Source: Isurus oxyrinchus
Taxonomy: Eukaryota
Assembly: GCA_026770705.1 (NCBI GenBank)
Contig: JANJGN010000004.1
Span: forward strand, 172,794,001-172,858,000
DNA length: 64,000 nt
Direction of reading: 5' to 3'
Shown: positions 24,812 through 35,685 of the stretch, piece by piece
Position numbering within the stretch: the stretch's first letter is position 1
How the letters are laid out: each line of letters begins with the position of its first letter
Translations under genes and position numbers: made by a program
Notes under the pieces: model-generated
Seen by the model: the letters and a program-made list of their open reading frames with translations, nothing else
Told to the model about the DNA's origin: nothing
Databases searched by the model: none

Positions 24812-25450
24812 GGGCAGAATTTTACCCCCGGCGGTGGCAAAGTTGAATTGTGGGCACGCCTCTGATCGGTGCCCCTAATCGGGGGCACGGTGCCATTTTA
24901 TGTGGGTGGGCCATTTAAGGCCCGGCCAGTGTGACGTCCGCACGGAAGTGCTATGTGCTCCCTGTGCGGGTGGGAGGGGAATCCCTACAAAATCCCCACA
25001 AAAGAGCGCATTCATCTCCCTGAGGCTAAGTGCTGCCTCAGGGAGATCGGCTGTTCTGTCACAAATATTAAAAATAGAAAAAAAAAATCCCTGACATGTC
25101 CCCTCATGTGACATTGTCACATGAGTTGGGACATGTCCATAATTTTTTTTAAAAACTTTAATAAAATGTTTTAAAAGCTACACGAAACCTCATCCCGCCC
25201 GTGGATGAGGTTTTATGTGTTTTCTAATTCCCGCCGGGACTCCGGGCCTGCCCGCCAACCTTAAGGTTGGATGGGGCAGGTCCATTAATCAGTTAAATGA
25301 CTCTGTCAATGGCCTCAATTGGCCATTGACAGGTTGGCGGGTATTACTGCACCCCTGCCTATCAGAAAATTTAAATGGGGCGCGGTGACATTGGGAGTTC
25401 TGCCCAACATCACCGTGCATCATTTTACGTGTTGGCGAGCAGGCCCCCCC
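24812..25450. mobile_element. Harbinger-derived MITE (family A, right TIR lost)
   Basis: GGGCAGAATTTTA start, with well preserved internal palindromes. Confidence 0.8.
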
Positions 25451-25622
25451 TCCCCCCATCCTACACAAGGGTTGGCGCAATATTAAACATGGCCTGGCAT
25501 AGCACGACACAGCATGACACACCATGGCAACGAGTCTCTCCCTCCCCCAGCCGGCACAGCACAGTAGCCTTCACCTTCCCCATACCTCTTTTTTGGGAGC
25601 CCATTCGCTGCCGCCAGTGTTG

Positions 25623-25735
25623 CTGCTTCTCCAACCACAGACTGCTTCTCTCCCACATTTGTTGCTGATAAGCTCAGAAGTGAGCCTATCAGCAGCAAAT
25701 GCAGAAGAGGAAAGGGCTTGTGATTGGAGGAGCAG
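25623..25735. repeat. 113-nt imperfect inverted repeat (hairpin)
   Basis: Inner arms CATTTGTTGCTGATAAGCTCA-GAAG-TGAGCCTATCAGCAGCAAATG. Outer arms CTGCTTCTCCAACCACA / TGTGATTGGAGGAGCAG. Confidence 0.75.
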
Positions 25736-25774
25736 TTTCTTTCATAATCTTCTTCTGCATGAACCGGCATTTTG

Positions 25775-28430
25775 AAAACTACCTCCGGGGGCCAAATTGA
25801 GGGGCTTCATGGGCCACACGTTGGACAAGCCTGTTGTAATGCTTGGGAAGGCAACGGGATCAGTGGGAATAATTTGCTGAGTCTCTTTTAATTTTTGCAC
25901 TCGCTTGGTTTCCACTGGCCTTTAATCATTACATTCTTGTTTCATAGTTTAGCTACACACATGTGACACCAGGGATTATTCTACATTTAAAAAATGTTAC
26001 ATTGTTTCCAAATCTTGAGCTGCGGACTACCCAGCTTTGACCTAGATGCCAGAAACGACAAAGGCACACTCTGCTCAGTTGACCCGGCAAAGCCCTCCTT
26101 AATAACACCTGGAGACTTGTGTCAAATTTGGGATGGCTGTCCCACAGACTAGTCAAGCAACAGTTTGATTTAGTCATGCTCATCAAATCATACCTTACAG
26201 CCAGTGTACCAGACTTCACCTTCACCATCCCTAGGATATGTTCTGTCCTACCAGCAGGACAGACCTAGTGGATATGGTAGTACAATTGGACACAGTCGAC
26301 TCTGGGAGTCGACCCCAGGATGTCTCATGGCATCAGGTTAAAGATGGGCAAGGAGACTTCCTGCTGATTACCACCCACAACCACCCCTCAGCTGGTGAAT
26401 CATTACGCTTTCATGTTGAAAACCACATGCTCTGCTACAGCTCTTATTCAACCAAGGTTGGTCACTGAGTGTAGCAAGGGCACAGAATGTAGTCTGGGTG
26501 GGGGAATTTCAATGTCTATCACTAAGAATGGCTTTGTAGCAACATTACTAACTGAGCTGGCTGATTCTTAAAGGACATACCTGCTAGATTGTGCCTGCAG
26601 CAGGTGGTGACAGAACCAATAAGAATAATAACTTCAGTTGACTTTGCCCTCACCAGAGATGCCACAGATACATCTATCCATGACTGTACTGGTAAGAGTG
26701 ACCACTGCACAGTCCTTGTGGAGACAAAATCTGGTCTTCATGTTAAGCCGTCCTCCATTCTGTTGTGTGGTACTACCACCTTTGCTAAATGGGATAGATT
26801 CAGAACAGATCTAACAGCTAAAAGCTGGGCATCTGTGAGATGCTGCTGCGGGCTATCAGCAGCAGAAGAATTGTATTCAATCACAATCTATAACCCCTGG
26901 TCTAGCATATCCAGCATTCTATCATTACCATCAAGCCAGGTGACCAACCCTGGTTCAGTTGGGGACTGTAGGAGAGCAAAGCAGGAGCAGCCTCAAAACA
27001 AAATGCCAATCTAGGAAAGCTACAACACAGGACCACATTAATGCTACAGATTTGAAGAACCATGTGATAGCAGAGCTAAACAACCCCACAACCAAGAGGT
27101 CAGATGAATGCTCTGAAACCTTGTTCCTCCCAGTCCTGAATGGCTGTGGACAATTAAACAATTGGAGGAGGATCCACAATGATGGGGAGGCACAGAACAT
27201 CAGTGCAAAAGGCATGCCTGAAATATTCACAATCATCTTCAGCCAAAACGCTGAGTGGAAGATCCATCTCGGCCTCCTCCAGAGGTCTCCAGTAAGAGAA
27301 ATGCCAGTCTTTAGCCAAGTTGAATCACTCCACGTGAGATCAAGGAATGGCTGAAGGGACCGGATACAGAAAAAGCTATGGACCCTGACAACATCCTGGC
27401 TATAGTAATGAAGACTTGTGCTCCAGAACTAGCCATGCCCCTAGTCGAGCTGTTCCAGTACAGATAGAATACTGGCATCCCATGACAATGTGGAAAATCG
27501 TCCACAAGAAATAGGACAAAGCCAACCAGGCCAAACACCACCCCATAATTCTATTCTCAATCATCAGCAAAATGATGGAGGATGTTGTCAACAGTGCTAT
27601 CAAAGCGATGCTTACTTTGGGTTCCCCCAGGGTCACTCAGGGATGTTGGCTGATGATCGTGCAATGTTCAGTATCATTTGTAACTCCTCAGATACTGAAT
27701 AGGTCTGTACCTGCATGCTGTTTGCACTGATAAGTGGCAAGTAACATTCATACCACACAAATTCCAGGCAATGACCATCTCCCCTTGACATTCAATGGCA
27801 TTACTGAACCGACCACCAACATTCTGGGAGTTATCATTGCCCAGAAACTGAACTGGACTAGCCATACAAATAATGCAGCTAGAAGAGCAGGTCAGAGGCT
27901 GGGACTCCTGTGGTGAGTAACTCACTTCGTGACTCCCGAAAACCTGTCCACCATCTGTAAGGCACAGGTCAGGAGTGTGATAGAATACGCTCCAATTGCC
28001 CGAAGTGGTGCAGCTCCAACAACTTGCAAGAGGTTTAGCAACATTCATGACAAAGCAGCCTGCTTGATCATCACCACATCCACTACCTTAAACATTCACT
28101 CCATCCACCACTGGTGCACGTCTACAAAATGCACTGCAGCCAACTCACCGAGACTCCTTCACCACCACTTTCCAAACCTCTACCACCTAGAAGGACAAGG
28201 GCAGCAGACATGTGGTAACATTACAACTTGCAAATTCCCCTCCAAACCATGTACTATCCTGACTTGGAACTGTATCACTACCCCTTCACTGTCGTTGGGT
28301 AAAAATCATGGAACTCCTTCCCTAACAGTACCACATGAACTGCAGCAATCCAAGAAGGCAGCTCAGCACCAGCTTCTCAAGGATAGGCAGCAAAAGCCAG
28401 AGATGCCCACATCCTGTGAACAAATTAAAA
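25775..28430 (+). mobile_element. Long decayed LINE-B copy (APE endonuclease + RT remnants + 3' end)
   Basis: EN-like GEFNVYH and GKSDHCTVLVET; RT-like GPDNI and LADD; C-terminal QVRSVIEYAPIA...IHDKAACLI. Many stops and internal deletions. Confidence 0.8.
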
Positions 28431-29604
28431 AGCCACAAATACTAATTTCCAGCAATTTTGGATTATGACAAAATACTGCTTTATCACTGTGCACATGGTC
28501 ATTAGTTAGTACTACCAATAAATAAAAAATAACAAATGAGAGATAGGCATTTAATTGATAAAACTGATTAACATGTCTTTAACTGGGACTGAATATGTTG
28601 TTTCTGAACTGTTGTTTTGACTGTCTAATTGGATTAAATATGGCAAGACGCAGAACAAGTCATACACAGTCATTCTTCATTAAGATTAGAAGCATGACAT
28701 ACTGAAATGAGAAAATATTTAACTGTGGGTAAATACGTGTCTCTTGGTTCTTATTTCATCTCAGTGCCACTCCTTTAATCTTGAAAGGATGTGATTAAAT
28801 TTCCATTGTTCAAATGTGGGTCATTAACATTTACAGATAAGAGTAATTTCCCCTGAGCCTGTGTATTTCAAACCGAGACCTCTCTGCTGTGGATGTCCAT
28901 ATAATTACAATAATTATTCAGGAGTCAGAAATTGAGTGGTGCCAAAACCATGATGTATTGCTGTTACTTAATTTATTACAAAACCATACATGCACACACT
29001 TTATTGTGTACACACTTTGGTATATAAGTACCTCTTTCTCGCTGTGCATGTCTGTTAGTTTACCTCAATCTGCATGTGGCATTATGTAAATCTCTGGTTT
29101 AATGATTCATTTGCTGGCCCCTCCCTGGGCCATGGACCCTCCGGCTCCAATAGCCATCGCCCCTCCAAGAAGCTGCAGGGAGGCTGCCTCCATACAACTG
29201 GCAGCCTCCCCACGTGATGGTGGGCCACAAAAAGCTGGTGACCCAGGGATATTGCTCTTAATTGGCATTTTAATTATTCAAATTGGCTGCATGCCTCCAT
29301 TTGGCGGTAACAGAGCTGCAGCCGGTCCCACGATTGGGAAACCTCTCTGGCAGGGGGACTGATACAGAGAGCCAATGCAGTGTGGCTCCCCACTGTTTTT
29401 TCCAAGGTCCTCTGCCTCCAAGCCCATCACCCAAGGACCAGTAAAATTCTGCCCTCTGATCCTAAATCTGCCTTGGTAGAAAAATGTTCATCCAGGCTTC
29501 ATCCAGCAGTAGCTTAGGGCTTTAAATGGTACCAGAAGATACTATTGAACTTCTTTCAACCAATAAATGTTTCTTCAATTTATGAACAGAGTCCAAATAG
29601 CGAC

Positions 29605-31270
29605 AAATCAAAAAGCAGGATACTGCAGATGCTGAAAATCCAAAATAAAAACAGAAAATGATGGAAATCTTCAGTAGGTCAAGCAGCATCTTTGGACAGT
29701 GAAGCAGAGTTAACTTTTCAGATCGATGACCTTTCATCTTCCCCTCAGTTTTACATTGTCCATTTCTGACTCTTCAGTTCCCTTACGTGACTTTTTCTGA
29801 CTCCATTTCCAGGGATAGCCCACTGATTCCCACAGCTACCCCAACTATACTTCCTCACACCCTACGCTCTGTAAGGATTCCATTCCATTCTCCCAGTTCC
29901 TCCGTCTCATCTGTTCTGACAATGTAATCTTCCACACCAGCGTTTCTGAGGTGTCTTCTTTATTCCTCAACTGAAGATTCCTCCCACCATGGTTGACAGG
30001 GCCCTCAACCGTGTCCGTCACATTTCCCGCACTTCCTCTCTCACCCCTTGTCCTTGCTCTTAGAACCATGATAGGGTTCCCCTTGTCCTCATCATCCACT
30101 CCACCAGCCTTCGTATTCAACAGGTCAACTTTCTGCCATTTCTTCCACCTCCAGCGTGATGCCACCACCAAACACATAGAACTATAGAAAAGTTACAGCA
30201 CAGAAGGAGGCCATTTGACCCATCTTGTCCATTCGAGCCCGAGGACACCCAGGTGCCCTTTCTAATCCCACCTTCCTGCACTCAGCCCATAGCCCTGCAG
30301 CTTGCAGCACTTTAGGTGCAGGTACTTTTTAAAAGAGTTTAAAGTTTCTGCCTCTACCACCAAGTTGGGCAGCAAATTCCAGACACCCACTCCCCCCTGC
30401 ATAAAAAAGGTCTTCCTCATCTGCCCCTCCCTTCCCCATCAGCATTCTGAAGGTGCCATTCCCTCCGTGATACCCAGTCCACTCCTCAATCACCCCCAGC
30501 ACCCTGTTTCCTTCCCATAGCATCTTTCCATGCAAACACAGTAGGTGTAACACCTGCCTGTTTACCTCCTTCCTCCTCACCAACCAAGGCCCCAAACAGT
30601 CCTTCCAGGTGAAGCAGCAATTTATGTGTATTTATTTCAATTTAGCATGCTTTATTGACTGCTCACAATGTGATGTCCGCTACACTGGAGAGACCAAACA
30701 TAGATTGGGTGAGCACTTTGCAGAAAATCTCCATTCAATCCAGAAGCGTGATCCCAAGCTTCCAGTGGCCTGTCAATTTCATCATCTACCAATTGCTCTC
30801 ACACTGATATCTCCAGTGTTCCAGTGAAGCACAATGCAAGTTCATCTTTCGATTAGGCACTTTAAAGCCTTCCAGACTCAACATGAAGTTCAACAATTTC
30901 AGACCATAAACTCTGTCCTAGCATTTTGTTCCCTTTTCTTTGTGTGTTTCAGTTTTTCTCTTATTTTTTCCTTCAGACAGCAGCACATCTGCTCTGGGCA
31001 CATCTTTTGTTTCTTTGTTTCTTTTCTTGCCCCATCACCATTAGCTTTGGCCATGTGAGACTAACTCTTCTGTCATTCAATCTCTCCTGCTTCCATCCTG
31101 TCACAAAACCTTCCTTTGGCCTTGTCCCATCCACCCCTTGCTCAAAACCTATTACATCTCTAACTTTTTTCCAGTTCTAATGAAAGGAAAGCAACCTGGA
31201 GTGTTATTTCTGTTTCTCTCCACAGATGCTGCCTGACCTGCCGAGTATTTCCAACATTTTCTGTTTTTAA
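29605..31270 (+). mobile_element. Penelope-like element with inverted 5' pLTR segment
   Basis: 29605-29738 is an antisense pLTR tail. Body on + has CSQC..RYTGETKHRLGEHFAEN (ORF 30609-30827). Sense pLTR at 31170-31270. Confidence 0.85.
30176..30420 (-). mobile_element. CR1 3' end inserted in the PLE
   Basis: atagaactatagaaaagttacagcacagaaggaggccattt (tandem tail plus CR1 3' UTR) interrupts the PLE after accaaacacat. Confidence 0.7.
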
Positions 31271-31398
31271 CCCAGATAGCCAGCTTTCTGTGACTCCTTG
31301 GCGCCGTGTACATGTTCTTTCATTCGCTATAAAATCAGCAAACCAGTCCTTGTTCCTATGTTTTAATTGAATCACTGTCTATAGATTGCCAGATTATC

Positions 31399-31818
31399 AG
31401 CCTTGGCTCAGTTATGAGCTCACTTTTGTCTCGGAATAAAAGGTTGCAGGTTCAATCTCCACGACAGAAACCTGAGCACTTCATCTCGACTGACAAGTCA
31501 GTGCATTAACACTCTGAGATGCTGTCTTTCGGTGACAAATTAAACCAAGTCCCAATTTGGCACCTCAGATGGACATAAAAGATTCTGTGACATGTTTTGA
31601 AGAAGAGTACGGGAGCTCTCCTCATGCCCTGGCCAATATTTATCTCTCAACCGACGTCACCAGAAACAGATTATCTGCTTATTTACATGCAAATTAATGG
31701 CTATGATTGCTACGGTGCAAAAAAAGTAACTACACTTCAAAAAATGTTCTTCATTTGGGACATCCTAAGGTCATCAAAGGCACCATTTAAATGAAATTCT
31801 TTCTTTCTTTCTTTCTTT
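31399..31818 (+). mobile_element. DeuSINE (SacSINE1-like)
   Basis: tRNA-like boxes (TGGCTCAGTT ... GGTTCAATCTCC), Deu-domain-like core (taaaagattctgtgacatgttttgaagaagag...cctggccaatatttatctctcaacc), L2-like tail ending in (TTTC)n. Confidence 0.7.
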
Positions 31819-33896
31819 ATGCGAGGTGACAATAACAAAAAAAGTAATATTCTATAATGAGCTGGAACATCAACAACACTGAGCCCAACTGGAACAGGGG
31901 AAGAGGGGAAGCATTAATGCAAATTGTTCTTGTTTCCTGGTTAGTTCTCTCCTTCAGCAGAACCATTATACATTAATGGCCCTCATTTCTTCCGTTTCTG
32001 GATGGCTTTGCATTGCAGGGACTGATCTTCAATATTTGTAAGCGCCTGACACTCTGACCCCTCATGCCCTTGGCACTTCCAGCACACCACATGCAATGTG
32101 TCAGCCATCAAATAAGTATACTATCAGACCTTGAATTATTGAGCAGCAGTAAGCACAATAATAAGCAAGAATACATAGGATCTGGAGAGCAGTGATCCGG
32201 ACAGGTTTGTGGCAGACCTTGTTATCTACCCCATTGCTTTTCTGGCCTTGTGGAGACAAACTATTTCACACTTATTTCACTCTCTGGGACACTTCCATTA
32301 TGTCACTGATGGTGAGTCGGCACTTGCACCCTGGTAGAGCTGTATTAATTTTAATGAACTTAGACTTAAATCAAGGCAGGAAGCAGATGCAGAGCTGCTA
32401 AATCATGGCATTAATGAGGTACAGAGCACATGCTTTACTACAAAATTCTCAAAGCAGGCTAGAACAATGTAAATTAAAACAATCCAAAGTAAAATAGGTC
32501 TTTCAACCCATTAAGTATGTTCCATTTGTACTCTGTGCTTGATTGTTGTACCATAGATTTAACTCCTATGTTGTCTGTTGACATCCATTATTAAGGGAAT
32601 GTGAATTTCCTTGATCAACCTCCTCAAAGAATGGTCAAGGAGCCTTATTAATTATCTCCATATCTCTCAATTCTCTTTCTCAACAAATAGCAATCCTGTT
32701 CTTTCTTGAAGGACCCAACTGGCCTTGAATTAACAAAATGCAGTGGCACTTTGTTCTGTATATCAACTATCCAGTCCCTCTCAAACCTTGCTCAAGATTT
32801 GATCATTTGGTACTTCTATACTCCAGTCTGTACTTATTGGCTGAGGCATTTGCTTTGTTTACTTCCACCTCATCTATACCTTTTATTATTGTGAAAATCT
32901 ATTCTTGTTCAGCTAAAACAAACTTAGACACCCAATCAGAATAAAATACCATCCCCCAAGTCCTTAGATCATCCTGATCATTCTTCCTTGAAACACTTCT
33001 AAAGTACTCACATCTATTTTAAGGTCAGGCGATTAAATATACCAGAAGTACATCATTGCTCTCTTTGTTTTATCTTGCAAGTAAATATATACCAGGTACT
33101 CCTCACTATTAAATTTACCTCATTAATAATGGCCTCACACAAATCTTTTTGCTTTTCAGCTTTGCCAGTCTCAGATCCACTTTTGTTATAGGTGTCTTCG
33201 GGTTCCTGTTCTTATCTGCATTATCTTCCATGTCTTTACAGGAAAGAAGATCAGTCAAAAACCAACTGACTGACGTGAACGGTCTGTTTCTTCAGATAAT
33301 TACTTTTTTAACTTCATGACCTCCTTACAGAGTCTGGTGTCATCAGATAACTTAATAATATTACAACATGTGTCATATGGTTACATCATTCACAAATATT
33401 GGAAGCACAGGATTTGGAGCCTGCTTCAAGAGACTAAGTTTTTTCCTGGGCCAAGACACATACTTGTTATCAATAAATCAGTTGGCATAAACTCTGAACA
33501 CTGCTCGGTTAGGACATACTCCCTATATTATAGCAGTTGCTACGTTACAAGCTTAATTTATTATATGTGAAGCATGTTTACACATATAAGAGAACTGATA
33601 AGGCACTACATAAATACAACCTTATTTCTTTCTGAGTGGACCACAGCCATCATAGTAGCTGGTTGGCTTAGTTGGCAAAATGCCTGGTTCAGATTAATGC
33701 CAACAAGGGAAGGGAGGGAGGGTTTGGGTGAAGGGAGATTTAGATATCCAAAGAGAAGGATTGGGGCATTGGAACAGTATAGCAATGGGGGAAAAGTCAA
33801 ACAGAGTAGGACAAGAAGGGATAGAAAGTTTAACAAAACTTGTACTTTGGCAAATGAAATTATTACAGGGAACGGAAATAAAAAAAATGAAATTAT

Positions 33897-34531
33897 GGCC
33901 CAGATTTTTGCTGCCATGGAGAGCCTCTCCACCATGGCAAAAATTGCGGGAATGGCTGAAATTTCCACATTCGGCCCCTGAACCCAGCATTTCCCATCTT
34001 CGCAGGGGCAGGACTGGATCCAGCCTGGGCTTTGCACAAGTGTGATTGGTGGAGACAGCTGGCCAAATAAATCACTAGCAGCCTTCACTGAAGTGGGATT
34101 TTGGAAGAACAGGAGTGTGGAATCCAGAGTGTCCAGATTTCTGAACCTGGTGGATTATTGTGGATAGCCAGGGTGCCGCTTTGGAAAGGTAAGGTATCCC
34201 TTTGGATAGGATTCTGGGGTACCTTTGGGAGAGGTAAGGCAGCCATTAGGAAAGGTGAAGCACCCTTTGGGAGAAGTAAGGGATTATTAAAAGTGAACAT
34301 GATTATAAATGAACATACACTTTTTATGCACAAATTCATTGGAATTGTCAAACTGTAAAAGGAGTGTCTAGCTGTTCAGGAGATGCCCAGCTGTCAAGAA
34401 GATTTTCCAGTCCCGCTCATGGTGGGAATCTTTGCAGGCGGGATGGAAAATTTGATGGACCACCCATAAGACCGATGACTTTGGACGGGAATTTCTGGTC
34501 ACAACTGCCGCGGGACCGAAAAATCCCGGCC
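33897..34531. mobile_element. TIR element family C fragment joined to another MITE end
   Basis: GGCCCAGATTTTT start. 33897-34400 is homologous to 39265-39740, including about 21-bp tandem units. Ends AAAATCCCGGCC. Confidence 0.6.
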
Positions 34532-35151
34532 ATGGTTACAAAGTAATCAAGGTTGGGGAATAAATATTCCAGGGTACACAATATTTTGGAAAGATAGACA
34601 GAATGGCAAAGGATAATACAGGGTGACATAAGGGCATTAGTGAGAAAGGATGTTCGCTCAAAAGATCAGGAAGTAGACTTAGTATGGGTGTAAATCCAGA
34701 ATAGAAAGAGTCAGAAAATACTGGTGGGAGTACTTTAGCAGCTCTCTAACAGGAGTCATACCTGCGGGCAGAGCAATAAATAAGAAATCATTGAAGCTTG
34801 TAACAAAGGAAATGTAATAATTGTGGGGGATCTAAATCTTCACATAGACTGGGAATATCAAATTGCCAGGGCTGCTCTGGAGGATGACTTTGTAGAATGG
34901 ATTCATGATAGTTTCTTGGAACATTATGTTATGGAATCGTCTTGGAATAAAGCTATCTTAGATCCAGCATTTCATAATGAAGCAAGGTTAATTAATAATG
35001 TGATAGTAAAAGATCCACTGAGAAATAGTGATCATAATGTCATTGAATTCCATGTTAAATTTGAATGTGACACACTCCAATCGCAAACAGGAATCTTAAA
35101 CTTAAATAAAGTCAATTAGATAGATGTGAGTGGAGAACTGACTGAGGTTAT

Positions 35152-35685
35152 TATTTTTAAAAATTCATTCATGTGATATGGGCTTCGCTGGCTAGGCCAG
35201 CATTTATTGCCCATCCCTAGTTGCTCTTGAGAAGGTGGTGGTGAGCTGCCTTCTTGAACTGCTGCTGTCCACCCCGACAGTGCTGTTAGGAAGGGAGTTC
35301 CAGGATTTTGACCCAGCGACAGTGAAGGAACTGTGATATATTTCCAAATACGGATGGTGTGTGACTTGGAGGGGAACTTCCAGGTGGTGGTGTTTCCATC
35401 TGTCTGCTGTCCTTGTCCTTATAGATGATAGTAGTCGTGGATTTGGAAGGTGTTGTCGAAGGAGCCGTGGTGAATTCCTGCAGTGCATCTTGCAGATGGT
35501 ACACACTGCTGCTACTGTGCGTCGGTGGTGGAGGGAGTGAATGTTTGTGAAAGGGGTGCTAATCAAGTGGGCTGTTTTGTCCTGGATGGTGGTAAGCTTC
35601 TTGAGTGTTGTCGGACTTGCACTCAACCAGGCAAGTGGGGAGTATTCTATCACATTCCTGACTTGTGCCTTGTAGATGGTGGATA
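35152..35685 (-). mobile_element. LINE-B 3' end inserted in CR1
   Basis: ORF 35204-35653 MIEYSPLAWLSASPTTLKKL...GSKSWNSLPNS. Confidence 0.85.

Noticed and set aside
31399-31470. tRNA gene
   Set aside because: A/B-box-like head of a SINE; no convincing cloverleaf and it runs into SINE body sequence.
34176-34280. CRISPR-like short repeats
   Set aside because: Degenerate contiguous tandem units without unique spacers, inside a TIR element, in eukaryotic DNA with no cas genes.
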